Source: Spirochaetaceae bacterium (lineage in GTDB: Bacteria; Spirochaetota; Spirochaetia; DSM-2461). Taken from it: a stretch of DNA of 64,000 nt. The first letter of the stretch is position 1. Each line of letters opens with the position of its first letter. Under the pieces are notes generated by a model. It was not told the origin of the DNA, did no database searches, and saw nothing but the letters and a program-made list of their open reading frames with translations. The stretch lies in assembly GCA_051531975.1 (NCBI GenBank), contig JAOPTT010000006.1, positions 288,656 to 352,655 on the forward strand, written 5' to 3'. Shown piece after piece: positions 38,957 to 50,087 of the stretch. A program made the position numbers and the translations under genes.

Positions 38957-39886
38957 ATGCTTAAATTTACAATAAAAAGATTCCTGGGAATGATACCAAC
39001 AATGTTTGCTATTATTACTATTGGGTTCTTTTTAATTCGGGTTGCTCCAGGTGGCCCATTTGATGCGGAGAAAAAACTTCCAGATCAAGTTTTACGAAAC
39101 ATCGAGGCGAAGTATCATCTTGATAAACCTGTTCCAGTACAATTTTTTATGTATTTAGGAAACGTACTACAAGGTGATTTTGGTCCATCTTATAAATATA
39201 CAGATCATGATGTTAACTTTTACATTTTTAATAGTTTACCAAATTCAATGCTGCTAGGAGCTGTGGCTCTTTTTTTTGCATTAGTATTTGGAGTCTTAGT
39301 TGGAATATCATCAGCTTTAAATCAGAATACATGGATCGATTATTCAGGTATGGGTTTTGCCGTCATTGGAATTGCTGTGCCCACATTTGTAGTTGGTCCT
39401 GTTTTAATGTATGTATTAGCTATGAAATTTCAATTGTTGCCTACTTCAGGTTGGATTACATCAGATGCCGGTTTAAAAACAATGATTATGCCAGTTATAA
39501 CATTATCTATACCATATTTTGGAACTATTGCTAGATTATCTAGAGCGAGTGTTCTAGAAGTTTTAAGAAGTTCTTATGTAAGAACTGCATATGCAAAAGG
39601 GTTAAGTAAGCAAGTTGTAATTTTTAGACATGTGCTTAAAGGCGCTATGTTACCTATCGTAAGTTTCTTAGGTCCAGCCTTTGCAGGTATTATAACAGGT
39701 TCAATTGTTGTTGAATCTATATTTAGAGTTCCTGGATTAGGTAAATTCTTTGTTCAATCAGCTTTAAACCGAGATTATACACTTATTATGGGTGTTTTAA
39801 TTGTCTATTCATTTATTCTTATCATTATGAATTTTGTTGTAGATATAATTTATGCTTTTCTAGATCCTAGAATAAGCTACAAGTAA
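38957..39886 (+). CDS. oppB: oligopeptide ABC transporter permease
   Basis: APGGPF, GDFGPS, YVRTAYAKGL, RDY, LDPRI. Confidence 0.93.
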   Translation: MLKFTIKRFLGMIPTMFAIITIGFFLIRVAPGGPFDAEKKLPDQVLRNIEAKYHLDKPVPVQFFMYLGNVLQGDFGPSYKYTDHDVNFYIFNSLPNSMLLGAVALFFALVFGVLVGISSALNQNTWIDYSGMGFAVIGIAVPTFVVGPVLMYVLAMKFQLLPTSGWITSDAGLKTMIMPVITLSIPYFGTIARLSRASVLEVLRSSYVRTAYAKGLSKQVVIFRHVLKGAMLPIVSFLGPAFAGIITGSIVVESIFRVPGLGKFFVQSALNRDYTLIMGVLIVYSFILIIMNFVVDIIYAFLDPRISYK

Positions 39887-39907
39887 ATTAGACTTATTGG
39901 AGTAATT

Positions 39908-40987
39908 ATGGGTAACACCGAAAATAAAAATAAAGCTGTTAATGAGTTTAACCAAGAAATGAAAGGTTCTAGTTTATCTCAAGACGCTTTTAAAAGATTA
40001 AAAAAGAATAAAATGGCTATGATAGGTATGTGGATAATTGCATTTTATATTGTAATATCTGCAGCAGCACCAATTTTACCAATATATTCATATAAAAAGC
40101 AGATTTTAGAGCATCAATATCTACCTCCTTCTTTCCGAAAAGCAGGTGAACTTGTTATGGAAAAAGAAGAAACTTATATGTGGCGAGTTGCTGAGAAAAT
40201 GGGTACTAATAAATTATCAGAATCCGATGAAGAAAGATTAGCTGATATAAAAAGTAGAATTGATACTGAAATGGCTACTATTAATGGTAAAGAGGTATTA
40301 GTTCATCATAGAGTATATCTATTAGGTACAGATGACTTAGGTCGTGATATGTTATCTAGAATAATATATGGTGGTCAAATCTCGATAGCAGTTGGTATAA
40401 TAGCAACAGTTATTTCTGTAATTATTGGTATTATATTTGGATCAATTGCTGGTTATGCTGGTGGAAAAACTGATTATATTATGATGCGAATAGTAGATAT
40501 TATGTATGGACTACCATATATGTTTCTTGTAATCATTTTTAAAGCCATTATGGGTAATAGTATTATTAACTTTTTTACCGCACTAGCTATAATATCATGG
40601 TTAACAACTGCAAGGGTTGTCCGAGGGCAAGTAATGTCGTTAAAAAACTCTGTATTTGTTGAAGCTGCAAGATCAATGGGAGCTAGTTCATCTAGAATTA
40701 TAGCCAAACATCTTGTACCAAATTGTTTGGGAATAATCATAGTTTTTGCAACACTTAGAGTTCCTAGTTTTATAATGATGGAGTCATTTTTATCTTTCTT
40801 AGGACTAGGTATGTCTGCTCCATATGCTTCATGGGGTTCTTTGATCAAAGATGGTATTAGTGGAATGACACAATATCCTTGGAGATTGTTTATACCCGCA
40901 GCTACTATGACTCTATTCCTCTTTGCTATGAACTTTTTTGGAGATGGTTTAAGAGATGCATTTGATCCACAAAGTAAGAATAAATAA
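39908..40987 (+). CDS. oppC: oligopeptide ABC transporter permease
   Basis: LGTDDLGRD, FVEAARSMG (EAA motif), GDGLRDAFDP. Confidence 0.93.
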   Translation: MGNTENKNKAVNEFNQEMKGSSLSQDAFKRLKKNKMAMIGMWIIAFYIVISAAAPILPIYSYKKQILEHQYLPPSFRKAGELVMEKEETYMWRVAEKMGTNKLSESDEERLADIKSRIDTEMATINGKEVLVHHRVYLLGTDDLGRDMLSRIIYGGQISIAVGIIATVISVIIGIIFGSIAGYAGGKTDYIMMRIVDIMYGLPYMFLVIIFKAIMGNSIINFFTALAIISWLTTARVVRGQVMSLKNSVFVEAARSMGASSSRIIAKHLVPNCLGIIIVFATLRVPSFIMMESFLSFLGLGMSAPYASWGSLIKDGISGMTQYPWRLFIPAATMTLFLFAMNFFGDGLRDAFDPQSKNK

Positions 40988-40996
40988 GGAATATTT

Positions 40997-41983
40997 ATGA
41001 GTAATAATGATGTAATTTTAGAGGTTAAAAACCTTCAAACATATTTTAACACTGACGCTGGTGTCGTTAAAGCTGTAGATGGTGTAAATTTTGATCTAAA
41101 CAAAGGTGAAGTATTAGGTATTGTAGGGGAGTCTGGTTCAGGTAAGTCTGTTACAAGCTTATCTATAATGAACTTAATACCGACGCCTCCAGGAAAAATA
41201 GCTGGAGGAGAGATTCTTTTTAATGGTAAAAATCTCTTGGAAATGTCTGATAGGGATTTAAGAGCTGTACGTGGTGATAAAATCTCTATGATTTTTCAAG
41301 ATCCTATGACTTCATTAAATCCATTTTTAAGAATATCTACACAATTAATGGAAACTATTGAACTTCATCAAGGTTTAAACAGATCTGATGCTAAGAAAAA
41401 AGCTATTGAAATGCTTCAACTTGTTGGTATTCCTGATCCATCTAAAAAAGTGGATAATTATCCACATCAATTTTCTGGTGGAATGAGACAAAGAGTTATG
41501 ATAGCCATGGCTCTAAGTTGTAATCCTGAAGTTTTAATTGCCGATGAACCAACAACAGCTTTAGATGTAACAATTCAGGCGCAAATCTTAGACCTTATTA
41601 AGGATTTATCAAAACGTTTAAATACAGCTGTAATTATGATAACTCATGATTTAGGTGTTGTAGCTGGTATGTGTGATAAAGTTTGTGTAATGTATGCTGG
41701 TAAACTTGTTGAAAAGTCCTCTGCAATGGAACTTTTTAATGATCCAAAACACCCTTATACAGAAGGGCTAATTAAGTCTGTACCAAGATTAGATAAAGCG
41801 TCTCATCAGAAGCTTTATTCTATTGAAGGGCAACCACCTAATGTTATTGATCTTCCAGAGTGCTGTCCATTTCATCCAAGATGTGACAAAGTTCTTGATA
41901 AGTGTAGCTCTTGCTATCCTCCAGAAATAGAATTAGGTCCAGATCGATTAGTTCGATGTTGGTTATATGAGGAAGATAAATAA
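40997..41983 (+). CDS. oppD: oligopeptide ABC transporter ATP-binding protein
   Basis: [26 protein letters not shown]-terminal Cys cluster. Confidence 0.93.
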   Translation: MSNNDVILEVKNLQTYFNTDAGVVKAVDGVNFDLNKGEVLGIVGESGSGKSVTSLSIMNLIPTPPGKIAGGEILFNGKNLLEMSDRDLRAVRGDKISMIFQDPMTSLNPFLRISTQLMETIELHQGLNRSDAKKKAIEMLQLVGIPDPSKKVDNYPHQFSGGMRQRVMIAMALSCNPEVLIADEPTTALDVTIQAQILDLIKDLSKRLNTAVIMITHDLGVVAGMCDKVCVMYAGKLVEKSSAMELFNDPKHPYTEGLIKSVPRLDKASHQKLYSIEGQPPNVIDLPECCPFHPRCDKVLDKCSSCYPPEIELGPDRLVRCWLYEEDK

Positions 41984-42954
41984 TGAAAAAGATTTTACAA
42001 ATAGAAGGTTTAAAACAACATTTTGATATTAAAGGTTCTAAAAGAGTCGTTAGGGCTGTCGACGGTTTAACTTTTGATTTATACGAGGGTGAAACCTTAG
42101 GTCTTGTTGGTGAGTCTGGTTGTGGTAAATCTACTACTTTGAGAGCAATTAACCAATTATATACTCCTACAGCAGGTATAGTGAACTTTGAGGGAAAAGA
42201 TTTAGCATCCCTAAGTAAAAAAGATCTTATTGCTGCTAGAAAAAATATGCAAATGGTTTTTCAAGATCCATATGATTCATTAAATCCAAGAATGACTGTT
42301 TCTCAAATTATATCTGAACCATTAGAAATATATAATAATCATGGTTTAGTTAAGATGAGTAAAAAAGATATTGCTGATAAGGTTGAAGATCTTATGGAAA
42401 CAGTTGGTTTGTCTAGATTTTTCAAAAATAGATACCCACATGAATTTTCAGGTGGTCAAAAACAGAGAATTGGAATTGCAAGAGCATTAGCATTAAATCC
42501 AAAAGTTTTATTACTTGATGAACCTGTAAGTGCACTAGATGTTTCTATTCAAGCGCAAATATTAAACTTGTTAGTTGAATTACAAGAAAAGATGGGGCTT
42601 TCTTATCTTTTTATCGCCCATGACTTAGCAGTTATTGAGTATATAAGCGATAGAGTTGCAGTAATGTATTTAGGGGTTATGGTTGAAGTTTCACCTTCAG
42701 ATGATATATATAAAAATCCACTACATCCTTATACTAAGGCACTTTTATCAGCAGTACCAATACCTGATCCTGAAATTGAGAAAACTAGGGAACGAATAAT
42801 ATTAGAAGGTGATGTTCCTTCACCTGATGTTGAAAGATTTGGTTGTTATTTTTACGATAGATGTCCAGATAAAATGGAAAAATGTAAATCTAATATTCCT
42901 GAGCTCTTAGATAATGGTGAAAATCATAAAGTAGCTTGTTTCTTATATGAATAA
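41983..42954 (+). CDS. oppF: oligopeptide ABC transporter ATP-binding protein
   Basis: GESGCGKST, FSGGQKQR, DEPVSALD, HPYT. Confidence 0.93.
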   Translation: MKKILQIEGLKQHFDIKGSKRVVRAVDGLTFDLYEGETLGLVGESGCGKSTTLRAINQLYTPTAGIVNFEGKDLASLSKKDLIAARKNMQMVFQDPYDSLNPRMTVSQIISEPLEIYNNHGLVKMSKKDIADKVEDLMETVGLSRFFKNRYPHEFSGGQKQRIGIARALALNPKVLLLDEPVSALDVSIQAQILNLLVELQEKMGLSYLFIAHDLAVIEYISDRVAVMYLGVMVEVSPSDDIYKNPLHPYTKALLSAVPIPDPEIEKTRERIILEGDVPSPDVERFGCYFYDRCPDKMEKCKSNIPELLDNGENHKVACFLYE

Positions 42955-42957
42955 ATT

Positions 42958-42983
42958 AAAAAGCACACGTAAGTGTGCTTTTT
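42958..42983. terminator. bidirectional intrinsic terminator
   Basis: AAAAAGCACAC-GTAA-GTGTGCTTTTT (GNRA loop). Confidence 0.9.
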
Positions 42984-43461
42984 AATTTATAATTCTTTTA
43001 ATTTCATCTTTAATATTATCTAATTTATATTGATCAATTTCATTAACAATTGTGATTACTTTACTATTACCATCACTAAAATATATTTTTAATGAAAATA
43101 ATTTTTTTGAAAATCTTGATCTTTTTTTATTTGTCTCAGTTTGACCCTTAATAAACTCTTTTTTTTCAATTTCTTCAATTTGATCAAAATTATATATGTT
43201 TTTTTTATAAACTAATAAAACACCAGTAGTTATAACAATTTTTTGTACCTCTTTATTTAAAACCCATTTTTCTTTGTATGTTAAAGCACATATTGAAATT
43301 ATTAATAAAACTACAGTCGAAATTGAAACTGAAGTAACTAATATACTACCTATTATCATAATGGAAATAATTAAAAACATTATATAAAAAAACAGTGGTG
43401 GATTTAGAATTAACTTCTCATCTGTACTTTTGGATGATACTCTAATATCGAAATTAAACAA
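42982..43461 (-). CDS. hypothetical membrane protein (2 TM plus soluble domain)
   Basis: ORF with SD-like AAGGG; hydrophobic hairpin. Confidence 0.65.
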   Translation of the reverse strand: MFNFDIRVSSKSTDEKLILNPPLFFYIMFLIISIMIIGSILVTSVSISTVVLLIISICALTYKEKWVLNKEVQKIVITTGVLLVYKKNIYNFDQIEEIEKKEFIKGQTETNKKRSRFSKKLFSLKIYFSDGNSKVITIVNEIDQYKLDNIKDEIKRIIN

Positions 43462-43471
43462 TTAATACCCC

Positions 43472-44071
43472 TTATTTTACTTTGAAAACTTTTGTTATTG
43501 GATAAATAATTAGATCATCTTCATTTTCATTATCACCAATATAGCTATAAAGAAAATCATCTACAATTTCTTCAACAACTAAATATAATTCTTCTACTTT
43601 CCCAGCAGATTTTACTTTGACTTGAACTTTAGATTTTTCAATTATCTTATTATTGAAATCTAGACCTGAATCTAATAACTCTACATGATTACTATTTAAT
43701 GTAATTTTACTTTTTATTTCCTCGTCATCGCAAGTAAATAGTAAAACTTCAAATAACCATTCATAAGCCAATGCAACTTTCTCTTCACAAGCTTTATTTT
43801 GAATTAATATTTCATATTCATCAAATATACTGTTTAATTGTAATGAAATAAAATCTTGGATATCATCACTTTCAAAATGTTCTTGGTAGCTTTTATCATT
43901 AGAAAAAATTTCCTCAATTTCTTCAGATATAGCCTCAATATTATCACCAATTATATTGTATGATGAGACAATATCGTTCCCATATTCCTTATTTCCTGTA
44001 TGACCATCTATTAGTTTCTTATATTTTCTAATTGAATCAATTGATATTTCAAGTAAACTTTTAATACTCAT
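43472..44071 (-). CDS. hypothetical acidic protein
   Basis: SD GAGG; overlaps the upstream ORF by 11 bp. Confidence 0.65.
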   Translation of the reverse strand: MSIKSLLEISIDSIRKYKKLIDGHTGNKEYGNDIVSSYNIIGDNIEAISEEIEEIFSNDKSYQEHFESDDIQDFISLQLNSIFDEYEILIQNKACEEKVALAYEWLFEVLLFTCDDEEIKSKITLNSNHVELLDSGLDFNNKIIEKSKVQVKVKSAGKVEELYLVVEEIVDDFLYSYIGDNENEDDLIIYPITKVFKVK

Positions 44072-44906
44072 TGTTGCACCTCTCTTTTAATATTATTGAA
44101 AAACCAAATAATTCTTTATCTAATGTGGCTTTAACAATTCTATCATCTATAATATCAACATCATTAGGATTAAAGTAGATGTTTTGCCATTTAAAATAAC
44201 TAATAGCTCTATTAAAGTTATTACATTCTAAAATTATGGTGTTTTTATTTGAATTACAAATTTTACATTTATTTGTAGAGGCAAATATATTTGCAAACTC
44301 AATAATTTCTTGATTTGCATCTTTGCATATATATATTTCTGTATAATTAAGACCTACAATTTTTTTTACTACCGAATTTACCCATAATTCGTAATCAATA
44401 ATATTTGGAGGAAGATCAATAATCGAAAATAGATGCTCAATGTTGTTGATTGTAGTCAGTTCAGGATTATCTAATACATTTATTAAATTACTACTGTTTA
44501 ATAAATCATTATCTGAACAAATTACACAATCTAATGAACTTTGTTCACATATTTTTATGTCATTTGGACTATCAATTTTTGGTATAAAATAAAAGCCACT
44601 GTTTTTTAGTTCTACAATCAATTTTTCATCACAACTCTCTAAAATAAAAAATTGGGCTCCACAAGCTGCTGCTGTATAAGCCTCTTCTAAGGAAGTTACA
44701 TTTTCTGCAGCAATAAAAAGATCAGCTTTAAAGGCGATTTCCTTTAATATCAGTTCCCAGTTTTTATTTTTCTTAATATCAATAATACAAAGTGGGGCGT
44801 TACCACTAACTAATTTTTGTACACACTCTAAAACACTATTCAATGGGATGTCTACTAATCTAATCATTAAACCAAAGTCATTACATTTTCTAAAAATTTT
44901 ATTCAT
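44061..44906 (-). CDS. divergent homologue of long-form KDPG/KHG aldolase (Eda), probably lacking the catalytic residues
   Basis: VTSLEEAYTAAACGAQFFI resembles the Eda V...A..A..AGA.FI segment; C-terminal NNFNRAISYF...KELFGFSIIL resembles the long-Eda extra domain. Confidence 0.5.
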   Translation of the reverse strand: MNKIFRKCNDFGLMIRLVDIPLNSVLECVQKLVSGNAPLCIIDIKKNKNWELILKEIAFKADLFIAAENVTSLEEAYTAAACGAQFFILESCDEKLIVELKNSGFYFIPKIDSPNDIKICEQSSLDCVICSDNDLLNSSNLINVLDNPELTTINNIEHLFSIIDLPPNIIDYELWVNSVVKKIVGLNYTEIYICKDANQEIIEFANIFASTNKCKICNSNKNTIILECNNFNRAISYFKWQNIYFNPNDVDIIDDRIVKATLDKELFGFSIILKERCNNEY

Positions 44907-45003
44907 ATGTCATTCTAGAATAAAAAATATAAAAAGAAAACTATTTACAAATGTGAAATACACGATATACTGTTCTTATACATAGAAACAGTGAGGAGTA
45001 ATA

Positions 45004-46218
45004 ATGTCTAAAAGTAGTTTAGGAGATATGCCAAATAAAGATGGTTATTTTGGAGAGTATGGTGGTTCATTTATACCACCTCAACTAGAGTCAGTTTTAA
45101 AAGAGATCACTGTTGAGTATCAAAAAATACGAACAGATGAAAGTTTTATAAAAGAACTTAAAAAATTATATAAACATTTTGTTGGAAGACCTTCACCAAT
45201 CTTTCATGCAGAAAGATTAAGTGCTAAAATTGGTGGAGCTGATATATACTTAAAACGTGAAGATCTAAACCATACAGGTGCTCATAAAATAAACCACTGT
45301 TTAGGTGAAGCTCTACTTGCTAAAAAAATGGGAAAGAAGAAGTTAATTGCAGAAACCGGTGCAGGACAACATGGTGTTGCATTAGCTACTGCTGCAGCAT
45401 TAACTGGTTTAGAGTGTGATATATATATGGGTGAAGTTGATATAAAAAAGGAACACCCTAATGTTGTAAGAATGAAAATACTTGGTGCCACTGTTGTTCC
45501 TGTTACTCATGGTAGAAAAACATTAAAAGAAGCTGTAGATAGTGCTTTTGAAGCATATCTTGGAGATCCAATTACTCAGTTCTATGCAATTGGTTCAGTT
45601 GTTGGACCTCATCCTTTTCCAATGATGGTAAGAGATTTTCAACAAATTGTAGGGGAAGAAGCAAAAGTTCAATTTAAAGAGATGACTGGTAAACAACCGG
45701 ATAACCTAGTTGCTTGTATTGGTGGTGGATCAAATGCTATTGGTCTATTCACACCATTTTTAGAAGATAACGATATAAACATATATGGTGTAGAGCCAGC
45801 TGGAAGAAGTTTTGATGATGGAGAACACGCAGCAACTTTAACTTTAGGAAAACCAGGGATTATTCATGGTTTTAAATGTTATCTTTTACAGGATGAAAAA
45901 GGTGACCCAGCTAAGGTTTATTCTGTTGCAAGTGGATTAGATTATCCTGGAGTTGGTCCTCAACATTCTTATTTAAAGGATTTAGGAAGAGTTAAATATA
46001 CATATATTAATGATGTTGAATCGATTGATGCATTTTTTGAATTATCTAGAACTGAAGGTATTATTCCAGCTATAGAATCGGCACATGCTATTGCTTATGC
46101 TATAAAGCTTGCCGCAGAAGAGGGTAAGGGGAAAACAATACTTATTAATCTATCTGGTCGTGGTGATAAAGATATTGACTTTGTTGTCGAAAATTACGGT
46201 GATAAATATATTAAATAA
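45004..46218 (+). CDS. trpB: tryptophan synthase beta subunit (monocistronic)
   Basis: [14 protein letters not shown] (PLP Lys), [31 protein letters not shown]. Confidence 0.96.
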   Translation: MSKSSLGDMPNKDGYFGEYGGSFIPPQLESVLKEITVEYQKIRTDESFIKELKKLYKHFVGRPSPIFHAERLSAKIGGADIYLKREDLNHTGAHKINHCLGEALLAKKMGKKKLIAETGAGQHGVALATAAALTGLECDIYMGEVDIKKEHPNVVRMKILGATVVPVTHGRKTLKEAVDSAFEAYLGDPITQFYAIGSVVGPHPFPMMVRDFQQIVGEEAKVQFKEMTGKQPDNLVACIGGGSNAIGLFTPFLEDNDINIYGVEPAGRSFDDGEHAATLTLGKPGIIHGFKCYLLQDEKGDPAKVYSVASGLDYPGVGPQHSYLKDLGRVKYTYINDVESIDAFFELSRTEGIIPAIESAHAIAYAIKLAAEEGKGKTILINLSGRGDKDIDFVVENYGDKYIK

Positions 46219-46220
46219 AA

Positions 46221-46254
46221 AAAAAGCTAGAAGTAATTCAACTTCTAGCTTTTT
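46221..46254. terminator. bidirectional intrinsic terminator
   Basis: AAAAAGCTAGAAGT-AATTCA-ACTTCTAGCTTTTT. Confidence 0.9.
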
Positions 46255-46269
46255 ATAAAACAATAACGT

Positions 46270-47553
46270 TTAAATACAAGTTCCATTAGGAATTATTGCA
46301 TTTTTAACAATAATAATAATTCCATCTTTTATATAGTAGTATTCATGATCTTGATCCGGTCGTTCTAAAGAGTCATCAATCCCAATTCTACATCCACTAC
46401 CAATTCTAGCATTTTTATCAATAATTGCTTTTTTAATAACAGTTCCAGAACCTATTCCAATATTAGGTATATCATTTTTCTGATTATGACTTTTTTCCTC
46501 AATAGTTTCATAGCAGTCAGCACCCATACAATAAACACCTTCTAGGCTAGCACCTGTTTCAATAAGTGTTCTATTACCAATAATAGAATTACTTATATAA
46601 GCATTACTAATAATACTTCCAGCAGTAGATAGAGAGTTAGAAATAGTACAAGAGTTAAGTTTAGATGGTGCTAAATCTCTACGCCTAGAATATATTTGGT
46701 ACTCTTCATCATAAAGATTAAATTTAGGATATGGACTAGCTAAGTTAATATTTGCGTCATAAAAAGACTTAATTGTACCAATATCTTCCCAATAACCATA
46801 ATAGATATATGAATGAACTTTTAACTCTTTTATAGATTTAGGTATTACCTCTTTACCAAAATCAGTAAAATCATTATCTAAAGCTTTATTCATAGCATCT
46901 GCATTAAAAATATAAATTCCCATAGATGCAATATAGTGTTTATCTTCATTCATTGCTTCTTTTGACAGTAAAACTTCAGGAGCTTTTAATTCATCAATAT
47001 TATCATCAAATCCAGGCTTCTCATTAAAATCTTTAATTTCACCACTATCATCAAGAACTAAAATACCTAAATCACTTGCATCAAATCTATTAACAGGTGT
47101 TGATGCAATTGAAATTTCAGCACCACTTTTTATATGTTCATCAAGAAAAGTTTTAAGATCCATTCTATAAAGTTGATCTCCAGATAAAACCATATAATAT
47201 TTAGCATTTTGAGTTTTGAAGTGAATCAAATTTTTCCTAACAGCATCAGCTGTTCCATTATACCAGTCTGAGTTTGAGAATGTTTGTTCAGCAGCTAATA
47301 TTTCAACAAAACCATTTGTAAAGGTATCAAATTGATAAGTTTGATTTAGATGAATATGTAAAGATGCTGAGTTAAATTGTGTTAATATATATATTTTTTT
47401 AAAATTTGAATTAATACAATTTGATATTGGAATATCAACCAGTCTATACTTTCCACCAAATGGTACAGCAGGTTTACTTCGTTCTTTAGTTAAAGGATAT
47501 AATCTTGTTCCCTTACCGCCTCCTAATATTATACTTACTACATCTTTTGACAT
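46270..47553 (-). CDS. glgC: glucose-1-phosphate adenylyltransferase
   Basis: GGGKGTRLYPLT, KPAVPFGG, GTADAV, SGDQLY, EKP, YWEDIGT. Confidence 0.96.
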   Translation of the reverse strand: MSKDVVSIILGGGKGTRLYPLTKERSKPAVPFGGKYRLVDIPISNCINSNFKKIYILTQFNSASLHIHLNQTYQFDTFTNGFVEILAAEQTFSNSDWYNGTADAVRKNLIHFKTQNAKYYMVLSGDQLYRMDLKTFLDEHIKSGAEISIASTPVNRFDASDLGILVLDDSGEIKDFNEKPGFDDNIDELKAPEVLLSKEAMNEDKHYIASMGIYIFNADAMNKALDNDFTDFGKEVIPKSIKELKVHSYIYYGYWEDIGTIKSFYDANINLASPYPKFNLYDEEYQIYSRRRDLAPSKLNSCTISNSLSTAGSIISNAYISNSIIGNRTLIETGASLEGVYCMGADCYETIEEKSHNQKNDIPNIGIGSGTVIKKAIIDKNARIGSGCRIGIDDSLERPDQDHEYYYIKDGIIIIVKNAIIPNGTCI

Positions 47554-47620
47554 TATATCTCCTTTATTACTTATGCTTTATTATTTAATTATAGACTATT
47601 AAATTTAATAGTCAAAGTTT

Positions 47621-49186
47621 TTATTCTTCTCTAGGCATGTTGTAATAGTACTCATAACTATCTACTAAAGCTTGCCAAGAAGCTTCAATTATATTTTCAG
47701 AAACACCAACTGTTTCCCAATTTTTATCACCATCAGTAGACGAGATAAATACTCTAACCTTTGCGTCTGTTGCATTCTCTGGGTTAAGTACACGAACTTT
47801 ATAGTCACTTAATGACATACCACTTAAAAAAGGATGAAAATTAGTAAGAGCATCACGTACTGCAGTATCCAAAGTACCAACTGGACCTACACCTACACCA
47901 GCCCCCATATACTCTTTGCCACTTGATTTTAGGAAAATTCTACCAACAGTCTTGGAATCTACTCCCCATGTTTTATATGTTTCTAAATGATAATTATTAA
48001 GTTCAAATAGAGATTTATACTGATCCATAGCTTTTAACATTAATAATTCAAATGAAGCCTCAGCTGATTCATATTCAAATCCTTCACCTTCTTTTTGCTT
48101 TAATGTATTGAATAATTCAATTACTTGAGGAGAATTTTTTGAGAAGTTACCAAATTTATTCATTTTTTCAATAATTGTAGATTTACCAGCTAACTCAGAT
48201 AATAAGATCTGTCTTACATTACCAACCGTTTCTCCAGATATATGCTCCATAAGGTGTGGAGCTTTTAGTATTACATCAGCATGCTGTCCAGCTTTATGTC
48301 CAAATGCTGCAGTTCCAACATAAGGTTGATTTTTTTCAGGTATTATATTTGCTTTATCAGCAATATACCTAGATAAGTGAGTTAATTTACTCATATTAGG
48401 TGACATTGTTAGGTCATAATCCATTTTAATTGATAAGTTAGGTATTATTGAACACAAATTTGCATTTCCACATCTTTCTCCCCATCCATTCATTGTTCCT
48501 TGAACATGAGTCGCTCCAGATTCTACGGAAATAATTGAATTAGCAACTGCACAATCAAGATCATTATGATAATGAACACCAATATTTGCTAATTGAGATA
48601 AAGGTAAACTTTCAATTATCTCTTTTACTTCTCCAGGAAGAGTTCCACCATTAGTATCACATAACACTAAGTTACTAGCACCTACAGAAGTTGCTAATTT
48701 TAGTAGTTTTAAAGAATATTCAGGATTTGACTTATACCCGTCAAAAAAATGCTCTAAATCAAATATTACTTCTCGACCTTCATTTACTAATAAAGTAATT
48801 GAGTCTTCAACCATTGCTAAATTCTCGTCCAAAGTAGTTCTTATTACATCTGTAATATGTTTGTTCCATGCCTTCCCAACTATAACAACACCAGGCGATT
48901 CAGCATTTAAAAGTGATAATATATTCGCGTCATCTTTAGCTTTTTTACCTGGTTTTCGTGTAGAACCAAATGAAACAATTTTTGCGTTCTTAAAATTTTC
49001 TTTTGATGTTATGTTAAAAAAGTCTGCTTCTCTTTTACTCGCAAGTGGAAATCCACCTTCTATATAATCTATACCCGCATCGTCTAAAGCGTGGGCAATC
49101 TCTATTTTATCATTAAGAGTGAAATTGATTCCTACTCCTTGGGTTCCATCTCTTAATGTAGTGTCTAAAATTGATATTTTCTTCAT
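47621..49186 (-). CDS. cimA: citramalate synthase (LeuA/CimA family)
   Basis: DTTLRDGTQ, EHFFDG, CDTNGG, HND, GERCGN, HKAG, DYKVRVL. Confidence 0.88.
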   Translation of the reverse strand: MKKISILDTTLRDGTQGVGINFTLNDKIEIAHALDDAGIDYIEGGFPLASKREADFFNITSKENFKNAKIVSFGSTRKPGKKAKDDANILSLLNAESPGVVIVGKAWNKHITDVIRTTLDENLAMVEDSITLLVNEGREVIFDLEHFFDGYKSNPEYSLKLLKLATSVGASNLVLCDTNGGTLPGEVKEIIESLPLSQLANIGVHYHNDLDCAVANSIISVESGATHVQGTMNGWGERCGNANLCSIIPNLSIKMDYDLTMSPNMSKLTHLSRYIADKANIIPEKNQPYVGTAAFGHKAGQHADVILKAPHLMEHISGETVGNVRQILLSELAGKSTIIEKMNKFGNFSKNSPQVIELFNTLKQKEGEGFEYESAEASFELLMLKAMDQYKSLFELNNYHLETYKTWGVDSKTVGRIFLKSSGKEYMGAGVGVGPVGTLDTAVRDALTNFHPFLSGMSLSDYKVRVLNPENATDAKVRVFISSTDGDKNWETVGVSENIIEASWQALVDSYEYYYNMPREE

Positions 49187-49412
49187 AATATTTACTCCTA
49201 AATAATACAGAATATAATAATATATATAAAATAAAATTAAAAGATATTAATTTGTCCATAAATTTGTTCAAAAAATCGATATTTTTACTTCAACCACCTT
49301 TATTTAAGATTACAAATAATATAATATGCTTGTTAGTCGTTGGTTATCGTCATCTAAAATATCACTCGTTGGTATTACGGTATACTGGCAAATAAATTAC
49401 AGAGGTAAGTAA

Positions 49413-49724
49413 ATGTACGCTTTAGTAGAAATTAAAGGTAAACAGTATAAGGCTGAAACAGGCTCTTTATTAAAAGTCGACAGTCTTAAAAGTGAAGTAG
49501 GTACCGAATTTGAATTCGATACAGTATTAATGATTGGTGGTGATAATAGTAAAATTGGAACTCCATATGTTGCAGGTGCTAAGGTTAAAGCTGTTGTAGA
49601 GCACAATATTAAAGATAAGAAAATTCGAGTTTTTAAATACAACAGAAGAAAGTCTTACAGACGAACACAGGGGCATAGACAACAATATTCCCTAATTAGA
49701 GTTTCTGATATATTAGGAGCATAG
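49413..49724 (+). CDS. rplU: 50S ribosomal protein L21
   Basis: MYALVEIKGKQY, GHRQ. Confidence 0.97.
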   Translation: MYALVEIKGKQYKAETGSLLKVDSLKSEVGTEFEFDTVLMIGGDNSKIGTPYVAGAKVKAVVEHNIKDKKIRVFKYNRRKSYRRTQGHRQQYSLIRVSDILGA

Positions 49725-49727
49725 TTA

Positions 49728-50087
49728 TTGATTAATATTATTTGCAATACCAATAATTCTTTAATTGTTTTTTTAGAAGTGAACGGGCATGCGAGTAATA
49801 ATATTAATAACAATGTTATTTGTGCTGCAGTATCTTGTTTAACAAGAACTGTTTGTGAAATAACTACACGGCTTAAGGGAGTTACTTCAGATTGTAGTGC
49901 TCCTAATCCGGGAAATGTTATGTTAAGTATACATAATGTGGAGATAACAGTTCAGGAGATGTTTTCTGGAGTTACCGATTTTTTGCTTATTGGCTTAATT
50001 GGTATCAAAAGGGATTATCCTGAATCAATAAAACTGAAAATTAATAATAAGGAATGGTACGATGGCTCACAAAAAAGGTGGTGGTAG
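49728..50087 (+). CDS. prp: ribosomal-processing cysteine protease Prp (YsxB) homologue
   Basis: GHA and VICAAVS catalytic motifs; lies between rplU and rpmA. Confidence 0.85.
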   Translation: MINIICNTNNSLIVFLEVNGHASNNINNNVICAAVSCLTRTVCEITTRLKGVTSDCSAPNPGNVMLSIHNVEITVQEMFSGVTDFLLIGLIGIKRDYPESIKLKINNKEWYDGSQKRWW

